Source: a virus
Lineage: Duplodnaviria > Caudoviricetes
Strand: one strand, 5' to 3'
Virus record (IMG/VR): IMGVR_UViG_3300006924_000108
Coordinates: 1 to 29,236 of that record
DNA: 29,236 bases
Shown: positions 8,024 through 16,999 of the stretch, piece after piece
How the letters are laid out: each line of letters begins with the position of its first letter
How positions within the stretch are numbered: position 1 is the first letter of the stretch
Program-made: the position numbers and the translations under genes
The notes under the pieces: generated by a model
Database searches by the model: none
What the model saw: only the letters and a program-made list of their open reading frames with translations
Told to the model about the DNA's origin: nothing

Positions 8024-8628
8024 TCTTGGGAGTATTCCAGGTTGTCATTGATACCATGCCACGGTCCACCGTCTGTAAAGTGAACTGCTTTTGGTTCTTT
8101 AAATTGATAGTAATTTACCATGGCATTAAATTCTGCAGGTAAACTACCGATTGAAGTAGCCCATTTCATTTCATGCAACGCACCCGCTGGGGCTTGGTTT
8201 ACATAGGTAGGAGTTAGCCTTCTACACCTTGTGTTATCGAAATACATTAATGATGACCAGTTTTTCTTCGGATAAGAACTGTTTACTTTCTTATTCATTT
8301 TCTTACATGGCACTAAAAAGTCTGGGTGTTGCACACAGTATACATCATGCGTTTCATTTGTATGGTATGTAATCTCTTGCGGATCACATTTCCACATAAA
8401 ATCACTATCACAGAACAATGCGTTTCCATGATAATCAGATAGAAAGGGTACTAAGAATCTAGTAAAAGCAAATTCTGTACTTTCATTTTGGAAAGGTCTA
8501 TAGTACTCCTCTATCTTGTCCTTTATTAAAGGTTTAATAGTGTGGCTTCCATTATACTTACGTATGGAAGCCTCACATACGGCATATGCCTCAGGCTGAC
8601 TAGAGTCGTACCCAATGTATATAACCAT
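7981..8628 (-). CDS. GT8-related glycosyltransferase (CDI-like family)
   Basis: IYIGYD, STEFAFTRFLVP, ALFCDSDF (DxD), YPKKNWSS and HFTDGGPW motifs. Confidence 0.8.
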   Translation of the reverse strand: MVIYIGYDSSQPEAYAVCEASIRKYNGSHTIKPLIKDKIEEYYRPFQNESTEFAFTRFLVPFLSDYHGNALFCDSDFMWKCDPQEITYHTNETHDVYCVQHPDFLVPCKKMNKKVNSSYPKKNWSSLMYFDNTRCRRLTPTYVNQAPAGALHEMKWATSIGSLPAEFNAMVNYYQFKEPKAVHFTDGGPWHGINDNLEYSQEWNKIYESLPKTNQ

Positions 8629-8816
8629 TAGTCTTCTTTTAAACTATTACCTAAATCATTGACATATGCTTGTCTTGCTGTTTTTAAAGCTGCAAGTTGA
8701 TTATCTGTTTCTGCTAATTTAGCATCACAGTAATTTATAGCATGATGTAGTAATTGTTGGTCTTTATTGAAGTTATCGGAATCATGTTCAATTCCATCTA
8801 TTGTAATTGTTGCCAT
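8628..8816 (-). CDS. Small DUF6447-like protein (62 aa)
   Basis: MATITIDGIEHD...LKTARQAYVNDL pattern recognised from memory; start at 8816 coupled to the nrdB stop (TAATG). Confidence 0.55.
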   Translation of the reverse strand: MATITIDGIEHDSDNFNKDQQLLHHAINYCDAKLAETDNQLAALKTARQAYVNDLGNSLKED

Positions 8817-9775
8817 TAAAATATGTCCTGCCAATTGCCTTGTGTACTACTTTTAGCATACTCTGTAGCACGGTTTTCAAAAAAGTTGGTATGCTCAACT
8901 GCGTTTACTTGTGTATCGATCCATGGTAAAGGATTAACACTACTATGAAATATAGCTTTCATACCTAAACCTAATAGTCTTCTGTCAGCAATATATCTAA
9001 TATATTCTTTAACTTCTTTTGCTGTTAAGTCGGGTATTTCTGCTTTGTCAAAACAAATATCAATAAACTTGTCCTCTAGTTCTACTACTCTTTCAGCAGC
9101 GCAATAGATTTCATACTTTAGTTTATCTGTCCATATTTCAGGGTTCTCTGATATGAATGTTCTGAAAAGTTTTGATACATTTTCTACATGAAGCGTTTCA
9201 TCACGAATACTCCAAGTTACTATCTGTCCCATGCCTTTCATAAGGTTATGTCTAGGATAGTTTAATAGTATAGCGAATGAGGAGAACAACTGTACTCCTT
9301 CTGTAAACCCACTATATACTGCCATAGTTTTGGCAATATTGTGAGGAGTGTCCATACTAAAATCGGATAAGTACTCATGCTTCTCCACCATCTCTTGTAT
9401 ATCCATAAACTCTTGATAGATATCATCAGATTTACCTAATGTTTCTAACAAAGATGAATATGCGTCTTGGTGTACTGCTTCCATAGCTGCAAATGATACT
9501 AACATCATTCTTACTTCTGGTGCTTTGAAAGTAGGAAGATAGTGTTTAGCATATCCACAGCAAACATCTACGTCTGCTTGTGTAAAAAATCTAAATATAT
9601 TATCTACTAACTGTCTATTGTCCTCTGTAAGATTTTGATTATAGTCTTTAATATCATCAGCCATAGTTACTTCTTCAGGCATCCAATGCATCTGTTGTTG
9701 TTTTTTGTAGGCTTCAAATGCCCACCCGTAATCAAACGGTTTGTAATATTCTCTTTCTTTTAATAAGTTTGCCAT
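8816..9775 (-). CDS. nrdB: Ribonucleotide reductase class I beta subunit
   Basis: HWMPEEV, FFTQADVDV, MEAVHQDAY (radical Tyr), EGVQLFSSF, RDETLH, NFFENRATEY. Confidence 0.95.
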   Translation of the reverse strand: MANLLKEREYYKPFDYGWAFEAYKKQQQMHWMPEEVTMADDIKDYNQNLTEDNRQLVDNIFRFFTQADVDVCCGYAKHYLPTFKAPEVRMMLVSFAAMEAVHQDAYSSLLETLGKSDDIYQEFMDIQEMVEKHEYLSDFSMDTPHNIAKTMAVYSGFTEGVQLFSSFAILLNYPRHNLMKGMGQIVTWSIRDETLHVENVSKLFRTFISENPEIWTDKLKYEIYCAAERVVELEDKFIDICFDKAEIPDLTAKEVKEYIRYIADRRLLGLGMKAIFHSSVNPLPWIDTQVNAVEHTNFFENRATEYAKSSTQGNWQDIF

Positions 9776-11548
9776 TTATCCCTCGCAACTTAGACAATCT
9801 GATTGCTCAAAGATTATCTCTCTTTTAGCTTGATTAGATACATTATCAGCTCTACTGATAGCTTCACTTCTCAAGTAATATAATGTTTTTAAATTTTTAG
9901 CCCATGCTAACATATGTACATTATGCAAGTCTGCTTTATTTACATCAGGTGGAAAGAATAGATTTACACTTTGAGACTGACAGATAAACTCTTGTCTGAC
10001 TGAAGCGTGTTCTATTACCCACGACTGATTTATTTCTACAGCTGTTTTAAATACATCTTTCTTCCAATCGTCTAGAAAATCAAGATGTTGTACACTTCCT
10101 TTGTTTGCAACAATAGTAGACCAAGTTTCTTCATACAGTTCAGGACTAACTTTTTCTTTGATAAGTGCATCTAAGAATTTATTTTTTACTAAGTTACTTC
10201 CTGTTTTTGTTTTCTGCGTATAAGCATTAGCTCTGAAAGGTTCAATACTTGGACTCGTATTACCGCATAATATACTAGAACTTGCATTAGGAGCTATCGC
10301 TAATAAATGAGCATTTCTTACAGAAGCTGTATCATCATCAGGACATGCACCTTTTTCTATTGCAAGGTATCTAGTAGTTTGGTCTGCTTTGTGTTTGATG
10401 TGTGAAAACATCTCCATATTTGTACCACCCGCTAGACCGCTTTCAAATGGTATATCATTTTTCTGTAAATACGCATGGAATCCCATTGCACCTAATCCTA
10501 CGCTTCTCTCCCTTTGCGCACTAAACTTTGCTCTTTCGAGTTGGCTTGGCGCATTGTCGATAAAGTATGTTAGTACATTATCTAGCATACGGATTAAGTC
10601 AGGGATAAATGACCCATGGTCTTTCCATTCATCATAGTACTCTAAATTTACACTAGAAAGACAACATACTGCTGTTCTTTCTTCGTCAGTAGCAAGAGTA
10701 ATCTCACTACATAAATTACTGTGATGTACTTTTAATCCTTTTCTTTTCTGAAAATCTGGTAAATCATTATTAACAGCATCTTCAAACATTAGGTAAGGTT
10801 CACCTGTTTCCATTCTGTTTTGTAGTATTTTTACCCATAATGCTCTAGCACTTACGGTTTTAACTACTGCTTTTGTATGAGGATCTATTAAAGGCCAACT
10901 GTCGTCAAAATCTTTTTCTTTTGTTGCTTTATGGATTAGCTCCATAAAAGAGTCAGGTACAACCACAGCATGATGAAGATTAGTAAACTTCCTATTAATA
11001 TCTCCCCCCGTGGGTTTTCGTCCATCTAAGAACTCCTCTATCTCGGGGTGTGACATATGTAGATATCCTGCGTAACTACCCCGTCTAGTTACTCCTTGGC
11101 TAAATGCCAACATCTCAGCATCTACAACTTTTATGAAAGGGACAACTCCAGTACTTTCTGAGCCTTTTGATGTCTTTGTTCCAGATGAACGAACATCACT
11201 CCAAGTACCTCCGATACCTCCTCCGAAAGAAGATAAGAAAGCATTTTCCGTAAAATGTTCGGTTATGCCCTCTCTACTATCTTCTACATAATTTAAAAAA
11301 CAACTTATCGGTAATCCTCTACGAGTACCCCCATTTGATAATACAGGCGTAGCAAACATAAACCATAGATTACTTACGTAGTCGTATAATCTTTGGGCAT
11401 GAGCTTCATCATCCGCAAAACATTCTGCTGCACGAGCAAAAGCTTCTTGAGGTGATGTTTCACCTGGTATCATGTATCTATCTTTTAGAGTTGCATGTGC
11501 GAACTCATCCAAGAGAGAATCTTTACTATAATCTATCTTCACTGACAT
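9776..11548 (-). CDS. nrdA: Ribonucleotide reductase class I alpha subunit, short form without ATP cone
   Basis: FATPVLSN, PISCFL, SNLCSEI, CCLSS, AIAPNASSS, KTLYYLRS, C-terminal CLSCEG. Confidence 0.95.
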   Translation of the reverse strand: MSVKIDYSKDSLLDEFAHATLKDRYMIPGETSPQEAFARAAECFADDEAHAQRLYDYVSNLWFMFATPVLSNGGTRRGLPISCFLNYVEDSREGITEHFTENAFLSSFGGGIGGTWSDVRSSGTKTSKGSESTGVVPFIKVVDAEMLAFSQGVTRRGSYAGYLHMSHPEIEEFLDGRKPTGGDINRKFTNLHHAVVVPDSFMELIHKATKEKDFDDSWPLIDPHTKAVVKTVSARALWVKILQNRMETGEPYLMFEDAVNNDLPDFQKRKGLKVHHSNLCSEITLATDEERTAVCCLSSVNLEYYDEWKDHGSFIPDLIRMLDNVLTYFIDNAPSQLERAKFSAQRERSVGLGAMGFHAYLQKNDIPFESGLAGGTNMEMFSHIKHKADQTTRYLAIEKGACPDDDTASVRNAHLLAIAPNASSSILCGNTSPSIEPFRANAYTQKTKTGSNLVKNKFLDALIKEKVSPELYEETWSTIVANKGSVQHLDFLDDWKKDVFKTAVEINQSWVIEHASVRQEFICQSQSVNLFFPPDVNKADLHNVHMLAWAKNLKTLYYLRSEAISRADNVSNQAKREIIFEQSDCLSCEG

Positions 11549-12383
11549 AATTTTCTACCAATCCTATAATTTCTTGTCCATGTCCTAGCACTGCTGCATC
11601 GACATCGTATGTTAAATCCATGAGTTTTACACCAGCTTCTAGTCCTTCTGCACCGAAAGCATTTAAGTTTTCTATGTATTTGTACTTACCCTCTAGTGGC
11701 AAACTCGCCATAATATCAAAGACGTCTCCATACTGCTCAATCAATTGAGTTGCACGTTTTGGTCCGACACCATCTACACCAGGAACATTATCTCCCTTAT
11801 CTCCTGTCAACGCCTTGTAAGTCAAGTAGTAGTAAGGATCAAAGTCATAATGCTCATCCCAGTTTAGTAGTGTTGTTTCTTTTCTTGTTACAGTCGAAAA
11901 GCGACTGACTTTTTCATCGACTAGTAAATCCCAGTCTTTGTCTGATGATATCATCCATATCTCATCTACACCTATGTTTTCTCGGTTTTGGCATATAAGT
12001 GCGGCTATATCATCAGCCTCTACTCCAGCATACTTTAGTGTAAGATAACCCTTACGTTTTAAAGTAGACATAGTAGTAGAAAACTCCGCTAAGAACATTT
12101 CAAATTCTTTTGCTTCTTCGGGAGTTTGTTCTGCATATCGTTCCTTACGATTTGCTTTGTACTCTGGATCGATAGACTTACGGTAATTACTACCGCCATC
12201 GCCTAATACGACTATCTCTCCACAGTTATAGGACTTTGCCAAAGATTGTACAGTTCTTACATATTCATGCTCGAAGTCTGTAGTACCTTGGTGTTTCCAT
12301 CGAAAAGCTAGATTGAGTCCGTCAACAATCAATAAGTTCCCATTCGGGATTGGCTTTCCATGGCTCGTAAATTGTATCGCCAT
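11526..12383 (-). CDS. D15: 5'-3' exonuclease / flap endonuclease (T5 D15-like)
   Basis: LIVDGLNLAFR, YKANR, EADD, SSDKDW, GDKGDNVPGVDGVGPKRA; T5 synteny. Confidence 0.92.
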   Translation of the reverse strand: MAIQFTSHGKPIPNGNLLIVDGLNLAFRWKHQGTTDFEHEYVRTVQSLAKSYNCGEIVVLGDGGSNYRKSIDPEYKANRKERYAEQTPEEAKEFEMFLAEFSTTMSTLKRKGYLTLKYAGVEADDIAALICQNRENIGVDEIWMISSDKDWDLLVDEKVSRFSTVTRKETTLLNWDEHYDFDPYYYLTYKALTGDKGDNVPGVDGVGPKRATQLIEQYGDVFDIMASLPLEGKYKYIENLNAFGAEGLEAGVKLMDLTYDVDAAVLGHGQEIIGLVENYVSEDRL

Positions 12384-12810
12384 TTGTAAATTTTACCTCT
12401 TGTGTTTCTAAAAATTTATCAGCAAGAGTGACATAGCACCCTAGCCAGTTTATGTACATATGTTTTTTGTAAAGTGGCTTTCTTGTCGTTGCCACATACC
12501 ACTGTGAGTGGTTTTCTTTGAAGATAAGTAAAGGCTCTTGGTTCATCTGTTCAGATTGTTTACAAAGCTTAGACCACCAATTCACAAATACGTTACTCTT
12601 TTGAGTGAATACTTTGTGATTGAATCCCATATCTTTATAATGTTTAATCTCTATACAGAAAAGGTTTTTCTTGTGTTCTACCATCAAGTCCCCTTTTATT
12701 TTACCAGAGCCACTACCAGGAGTCTGTACAAACTCATGACCAGTAATTCTTTTTAACATAGCTGCAGCCTTTATCTCTGCATCATGACCCTTACGTCTAC
12801 TATTAACCAA
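12322..12810 (-). CDS. D14: T5 D14-like PD-(D/E)xK nuclease / Holliday junction resolvase
   Basis: SRRKGHDAE, TPGSGSGKIKGDL, IEIKHY; located between D13 and D15. Confidence 0.85.
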   Translation of the reverse strand: MVNSRRKGHDAEIKAAAMLKRITGHEFVQTPGSGSGKIKGDLMVEHKKNLFCIEIKHYKDMGFNHKVFTQKSNVFVNWWSKLCKQSEQMNQEPLLIFKENHSQWYVATTRKPLYKKHMYINWLGCYVTLADKFLETQEVKFTNGDTIYEPWKANPEWELIDC

Positions 12811-13030
12811 TCAACTTCTCCAGTTCTACATAGCCACCGATATGTTTATCGTCTACTAGTATTTGTGGAAATGTTCTTGCTCCAGGAAACTTATCCCGAA
12901 TATCAGCCGCAGAAAAATCTTTGCCAATCATTTTATATGATACCTCTGTTACTTCATCTACATGGTCAGCTAAGAACTTAGCCTTCTTGCAGTAAGAACA
13001 GTTTGGTATACTATAAATCTCTACTTTCAT
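12803..13030 (-). CDS. grx: Glutaredoxin
   Basis: CSYC active site, RTFPQI, IGGY. Start reassigned to MKVEIYS (GGAG SD). Confidence 0.9.
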   Translation of the reverse strand: MKVEIYSIPNCSYCKKAKFLADHVDEVTEVSYKMIGKDFSAADIRDKFPGARTFPQILVDDKHIGGYVELEKLIG

Positions 13031-13049
13031 ATTTTCTCCAATATTGTAT

Positions 13050-13078
13050 ATTATAACAGGTTTTTCAACTCGTGTCAA
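13050..13078 (-). promoter_or_regulatory. Consensus sigma70 promoter driving grx-D14-D15-nrdAB
   Basis: TTGACA-17 nt-TATAAT on the minus strand. Confidence 0.9.
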
Positions 13079-13086
13079 GAACTAAA

Positions 13087-13224
13087 TTATTCCCCGATGT
13101 TTTGAGTAGTTATCTTTGCTTTCTTTTCTGCCTTAGCAAGACTATCTTTAATATCTACTTTTCCATCTTTGTTTACGTCGTTGCCGACTAGTATATTCCA
13201 CCATTTGGTTATGAATCTAAACAT
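13087..13224 (-). CDS. 45-aa protein with an EF-hand/dockerin-like loop, absent from the ORF track
   Basis: MFRFITKWWNILVGNDVNKDGKVDIKDSLAKAEKKAKITTQNIGE; GAGG SD; DxNxDGxVDxxD loop. Confidence 0.7.
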   Translation of the reverse strand: MFRFITKWWNILVGNDVNKDGKVDIKDSLAKAEKKAKITTQNIGE

Positions 13225-15026
13225 GATATATTATCCTCTTTTATTATTTCTATTTTTTCTAGTAGTGGATGTGTCCAACCATGAGACACTAGATACGTAT
13301 TTAGTCTCTCTTCTTTTAATAGAACTTCTACTACTTTTTCTTTACCTTGCTCATCTAAGGCTTGATTGACCTCATCTAAGAACAAGACATTAATTTGACT
13401 TCTACTAATAGATGTCATAAGTTTTCGTATTGCAACTAATGTCGCAATATTCACTCTTGCTAGTTCTCCACTAGATAGAGCTAGTATGTCAATAATGTTT
13501 CCATTATCTGATACTTCTACATTTAGTTTGTCGTTAGTAACAACAAAATTGATACTAAATCTACCATCACTAAACTCTGCTAGATAATCATTTGTCATAA
13601 CTTCTAGTTCTTTCACTAAAGATTCTATTTTGTATGCCAATAATCCGTTGGTAGAAAATGCTTTCTTAAGCGTTTCAAGTGCCGCCAAGTGTTCTTCTTT
13701 ACCTGATAGTTCAGATTGAAGTGCATCAAGCTGACTTTGAAACTCCGCAGTTTGTTCGAGTATAATTCCAACTCTTGTGTTATGTCGTTCTCTCTTTTCA
13801 TTTTCGCTAATTACTTCCTGAAGAACCGACTTAGCACTGGTAATTTCTTCACTAAGTTTAGAAACTTGCTCTTGTAAGTCATCTTCTGAGAGGACTGTGG
13901 TCGTGAGGTTGTGGTCGATAGACCTGTAGAGGTCTTCCCAATTCTCCACTTCTCTTTCGGCTGTCCTATATATCGCATTTTGTTCCTCTAGTCTTTGCAG
14001 CTTTCTTGCCGCTTCCTGTGTGAATTTTTCACAATTATCTCGTCTTTCAGTATGTTCTTTTATCATACTATTTACAAACATTTCATTAACTTCTCCTTCA
14101 CACGTTGGACAAACCATATCGTCTAAGGTTAGTAACTTTTGATATTTTGTAAGCATTCTCTCTTCATGAACCATCTCAGACTTCCAAGTTGCTACAGAAG
14201 AAACAGCATCATTAGTATCTTTTTCTTCTTCGTATTTTGCAAGTTGTCTTTTGTACTCATGCAAATCTATATCAGCAAGCTGGTGTTTAAGTTGATTATT
14301 GAGATTTATTTTTTTATTCTTTTCAGTGATATTTTCAAGTTCTATTAATAAAGAACGTAAAGACTTCTCATTCTCTTCCGAGTAAAATGGTAAATCTTTT
14401 TTATCAAGTATGGAACTATCTTCGAGAATATTATCTTCTAACCATTTTGAGATAGTTGCAAGTTTCGCATTGATGACTGTAACATCAGCTGAATTTGTCC
14501 TTACAGCTTCCTTAAATGTCTCAAAGAAAGAAACATAGTCGTCAAGTTTCAATAGGTCAATTAGGAACTTCTTTCGATTTGTATCTGTGGCAGTTAAGAA
14601 CTGCAATGATGCATTAGTATTTTGATATACTAACTGTGAAAAAGTCTTAAAGTCAATACCTAAAATGTCACCCAAAGTTTTGTAAGTATTAGAAGCTGTA
14701 TGTGAAGATATATCCTCACCATTTTTCGTTAGCTTACACTTGAGTGTAGAACGCCGTATAACAGTAATGTTATATACGTCAGTGTCCACAGTAAAATCAA
14801 GGCTAATATCGTACCCTTTGTTAACATATCTATTTGCTATATCCGCTTTCTTTACATTTTTACTATTTTTGTTAAATAGTATTTCTTCTAATATTAAAGG
14901 TATAGAAGATTTACCTACTCCATTAGTACCGACTAACTGTGTTAAAGTCGACTCTGATAGATTTAATTCATTGTCCTCTCCATACGAGAAGCAATTATCC
15001 CATTTCAGTTTTTGTAGAATAATCAT
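13209..15026 (-). CDS. D13: SbcC/Rad50-like recombination ATPase (T5 D13)
   Basis: Walker A GTNGVGKSS, zinc hook CPTC, signature LSSGE, Walker B LFLDE, coiled coils. Confidence 0.92.
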   Translation of the reverse strand: MIILQKLKWDNCFSYGEDNELNLSESTLTQLVGTNGVGKSSIPLILEEILFNKNSKNVKKADIANRYVNKGYDISLDFTVDTDVYNITVIRRSTLKCKLTKNGEDISSHTASNTYKTLGDILGIDFKTFSQLVYQNTNASLQFLTATDTNRKKFLIDLLKLDDYVSFFETFKEAVRTNSADVTVINAKLATISKWLEDNILEDSSILDKKDLPFYSEENEKSLRSLLIELENITEKNKKINLNNQLKHQLADIDLHEYKRQLAKYEEEKDTNDAVSSVATWKSEMVHEERMLTKYQKLLTLDDMVCPTCEGEVNEMFVNSMIKEHTERRDNCEKFTQEAARKLQRLEEQNAIYRTAEREVENWEDLYRSIDHNLTTTVLSEDDLQEQVSKLSEEITSAKSVLQEVISENEKRERHNTRVGIILEQTAEFQSQLDALQSELSGKEEHLAALETLKKAFSTNGLLAYKIESLVKELEVMTNDYLAEFSDGRFSINFVVTNDKLNVEVSDNGNIIDILALSSGELARVNIATLVAIRKLMTSISRSQINVLFLDEVNQALDEQGKEKVVEVLLKEERLNTYLVSHGWTHPLLEKIEIIKEDNISCLDS

Positions 15027-15948
15027 TAAAAACTCCCATTAATTTTTTTACTTTTTCATCATCAAGAGACAGAATCTCTTTCAGATATACACTTAGTTCA
15101 TCTTCCATTGACATCTCGTTAGTCAAGGTTAATGTTGCATCTGTCTGTCGTTTAACGACTTTTTTGTCAAGTAGATCGGAGTTCTTGACTTGTGCTAAGT
15201 CTTGTACATCTCCTTCTATTTCATAGATAGTATGATCGAAGTCTGTTTGTACCATCTCATTCGGATCGGTAACAGTCTTTCTAATTAACTGTGGTAAGTC
15301 AAATTCATGCCATGTCCAATCCCAACTGTTATCTATAATTAGATACCCCGTTTGGACTTTGTTTCTATGGAAAGATGTGGTCATTGGTGAGCCTGGATAT
15401 ACAATATTTCGTTGAGTATTCTCGTGAGCATGTAAGTCTCCTGCGTACACTGTTGTGAACTTATCAAATCTTTCTAAATCTACTTCTGGTATAACATGCG
15501 GTGGTATTTCGCCACGCACGTGGGTGAATAGATACTTTGCATCTATATTTTCTATACTATTCTTTCTGTGTAAGTCTGCATAAGGCAGTATACACCAGTC
15601 ATCTTCATAGTATGTTTCCGTAATCACACTTACTAGTGGGTTAAGGTCGTTTGTTACTCTTATTAGATTATCAAAGAAAGTATTATTTTTTCTAGTGGCT
15701 TCATGGTTGCCATCATATATAATTGTTCTTACATTTGCTTTTTTAACAAAGTCAAAATATAAGGTCAATTCATCCATAGAAGGGACTCGATCAAACAAGT
15801 CCCCGCCTATGATATGAAGTTTAACTCCATGATTTTCTACTGCTTCCTGTACTTGTTCAAAGAACATCTGATATCTTGTACATGCCCAAGAGCGTGGTAC
15901 ATTCTTCTGTCCTAGCTTAATGTGCCAGTCTGCTGTATATAAAATCAT
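14995..15948 (-). CDS. D12: SbcD/Mre11-like nuclease (T5 D12)
   Basis: ADWH, GDLFD, GNHE, GDLH, YPGSP metallophosphoesterase motifs. Confidence 0.92.
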   Translation of the reverse strand: MILYTADWHIKLGQKNVPRSWACTRYQMFFEQVQEAVENHGVKLHIIGGDLFDRVPSMDELTLYFDFVKKANVRTIIYDGNHEATRKNNTFFDNLIRVTNDLNPLVSVITETYYEDDWCILPYADLHRKNSIENIDAKYLFTHVRGEIPPHVIPEVDLERFDKFTTVYAGDLHAHENTQRNIVYPGSPMTTSFHRNKVQTGYLIIDNSWDWTWHEFDLPQLIRKTVTDPNEMVQTDFDHTIYEIEGDVQDLAQVKNSDLLDKKVVKRQTDATLTLTNEMSMEDELSVYLKEILSLDDEKVKKLMGVFNDYSTKTEMG

Positions 15949-16577
15949 GAAACGTCAAACTCACTTGATACATCCTCAGGAGTTTCACCACCTTGGTCGT
16001 TAACTCTTCTGAGTAATTCTAACTGTGCATCTGCAGTTGGTCTAGTAAGAACGTCATCCATTGACTTAAGATTAGCCACTAGATCCTTCTCCCAGTCCTC
16101 TAGTTCTCTAGCTTTACACTTTAGAACTGCTAACTGATACTCGACATTAAATACTTGTGGGCCAGTCTTCTTTCTTTTGAAATGAATGTCGTAGCCTGTA
16201 ACTGGGTCGGTTGGATCTCCCAACTCTTCCATAGCTACTAGTACTTGGTCGAATAGTTTTCTTTTTAAGTTTAAAACTTTAACACTTTTATCAGCGTAGT
16301 CAATGCACTGAATGGCATAAGACCATCCACATTTTAAGTCTGGGTAAAAGTCGCGAACATGGTCATGTTCTTGATTGTTAAAGGTTTCTGAGTTTCTATC
16401 AAAAGATAGGCACTCCATAGGAATGTTTTTTCCATTTTCCCCTTTAATCCAATAGACGTACCTAGGTAATAAGTCACCCACCAATCTTACATGATGGTCT
16501 TCTTTACCTGCGTAGTTATAAGTTTCGATTTTTTCTTTTTGGGCTGAGCCCTTTGTTGTATTAAAGCCAATAGCCAT
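15945..16577 (-). CDS. D11: ssDNA-binding protein (T5 D11-like)
   Basis: LPRYVYW, ECLSFDR, DPTDPVTGYDIHFKRKKTGP..NVEY, acidic tail; synteny. Confidence 0.85.
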   Translation of the reverse strand: MAIGFNTTKGSAQKEKIETYNYAGKEDHHVRLVGDLLPRYVYWIKGENGKNIPMECLSFDRNSETFNNQEHDHVRDFYPDLKCGWSYAIQCIDYADKSVKVLNLKRKLFDQVLVAMEELGDPTDPVTGYDIHFKRKKTGPQVFNVEYQLAVLKCKARELEDWEKDLVANLKSMDDVLTRPTADAQLELLRRVNDQGGETPEDVSSEFDVS

Positions 16578-16580
16578 AAT

Positions 16581-16970
16581 TTATCTCCATGTCTCCTCGA
16601 ATAAAAAGTGTACCCTTCCATCTTTTAACTCAAGCAGTCTGTTTTTAGTTATAATTTCTTCTGATATCGGTGACATCAGAAAGTCTAGTGTGGTGTCTTT
16701 TGTATTCACATAGTCGTGATAGTTACGGAACGATGCGACACCTGCATACTCCGCCACTTCTTTATCACTCAATGCGCGTCCGTGTTCTAACAAATCCTTT
16801 GGGTTTAGGATATAGCTAGTACCACCGAACTGATACTTGTAAAACTTAAAAGTTTTATCATAGTAATTTTTTGGTTTAATCTTGTAAGTAATTATACGAA
16901 GAATCTGGATTATTTCACCAATGTCTCCTTTGCTTACTTTCATTATCTCATTCCAATTAAATAGTAACAT
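16581..16970 (-). CDS. Conserved T5-like hypothetical protein between D10 and D11
   Basis: Probable start MLLFNWNEI; AEYAGVASFRNY and NRLL...VHFLFE motifs; synteny. Confidence 0.7.
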   Translation of the reverse strand: MLLFNWNEIMKVSKGDIGEIIQILRIITYKIKPKNYYDKTFKFYKYQFGGTSYILNPKDLLEHGRALSDKEVAEYAGVASFRNYHDYVNTKDTTLDFLMSPISEEIITKNRLLELKDGRVHFLFEETWR

Positions 16971-16999
16971 ATTATACCAACTTTTTAAACTCGTGTCAA
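16971..16999 (-). promoter_or_regulatory. Consensus sigma70 promoter
   Basis: TTGACA-17 nt-TATAAT preceded by AAAATAGTTC. Confidence 0.88.
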
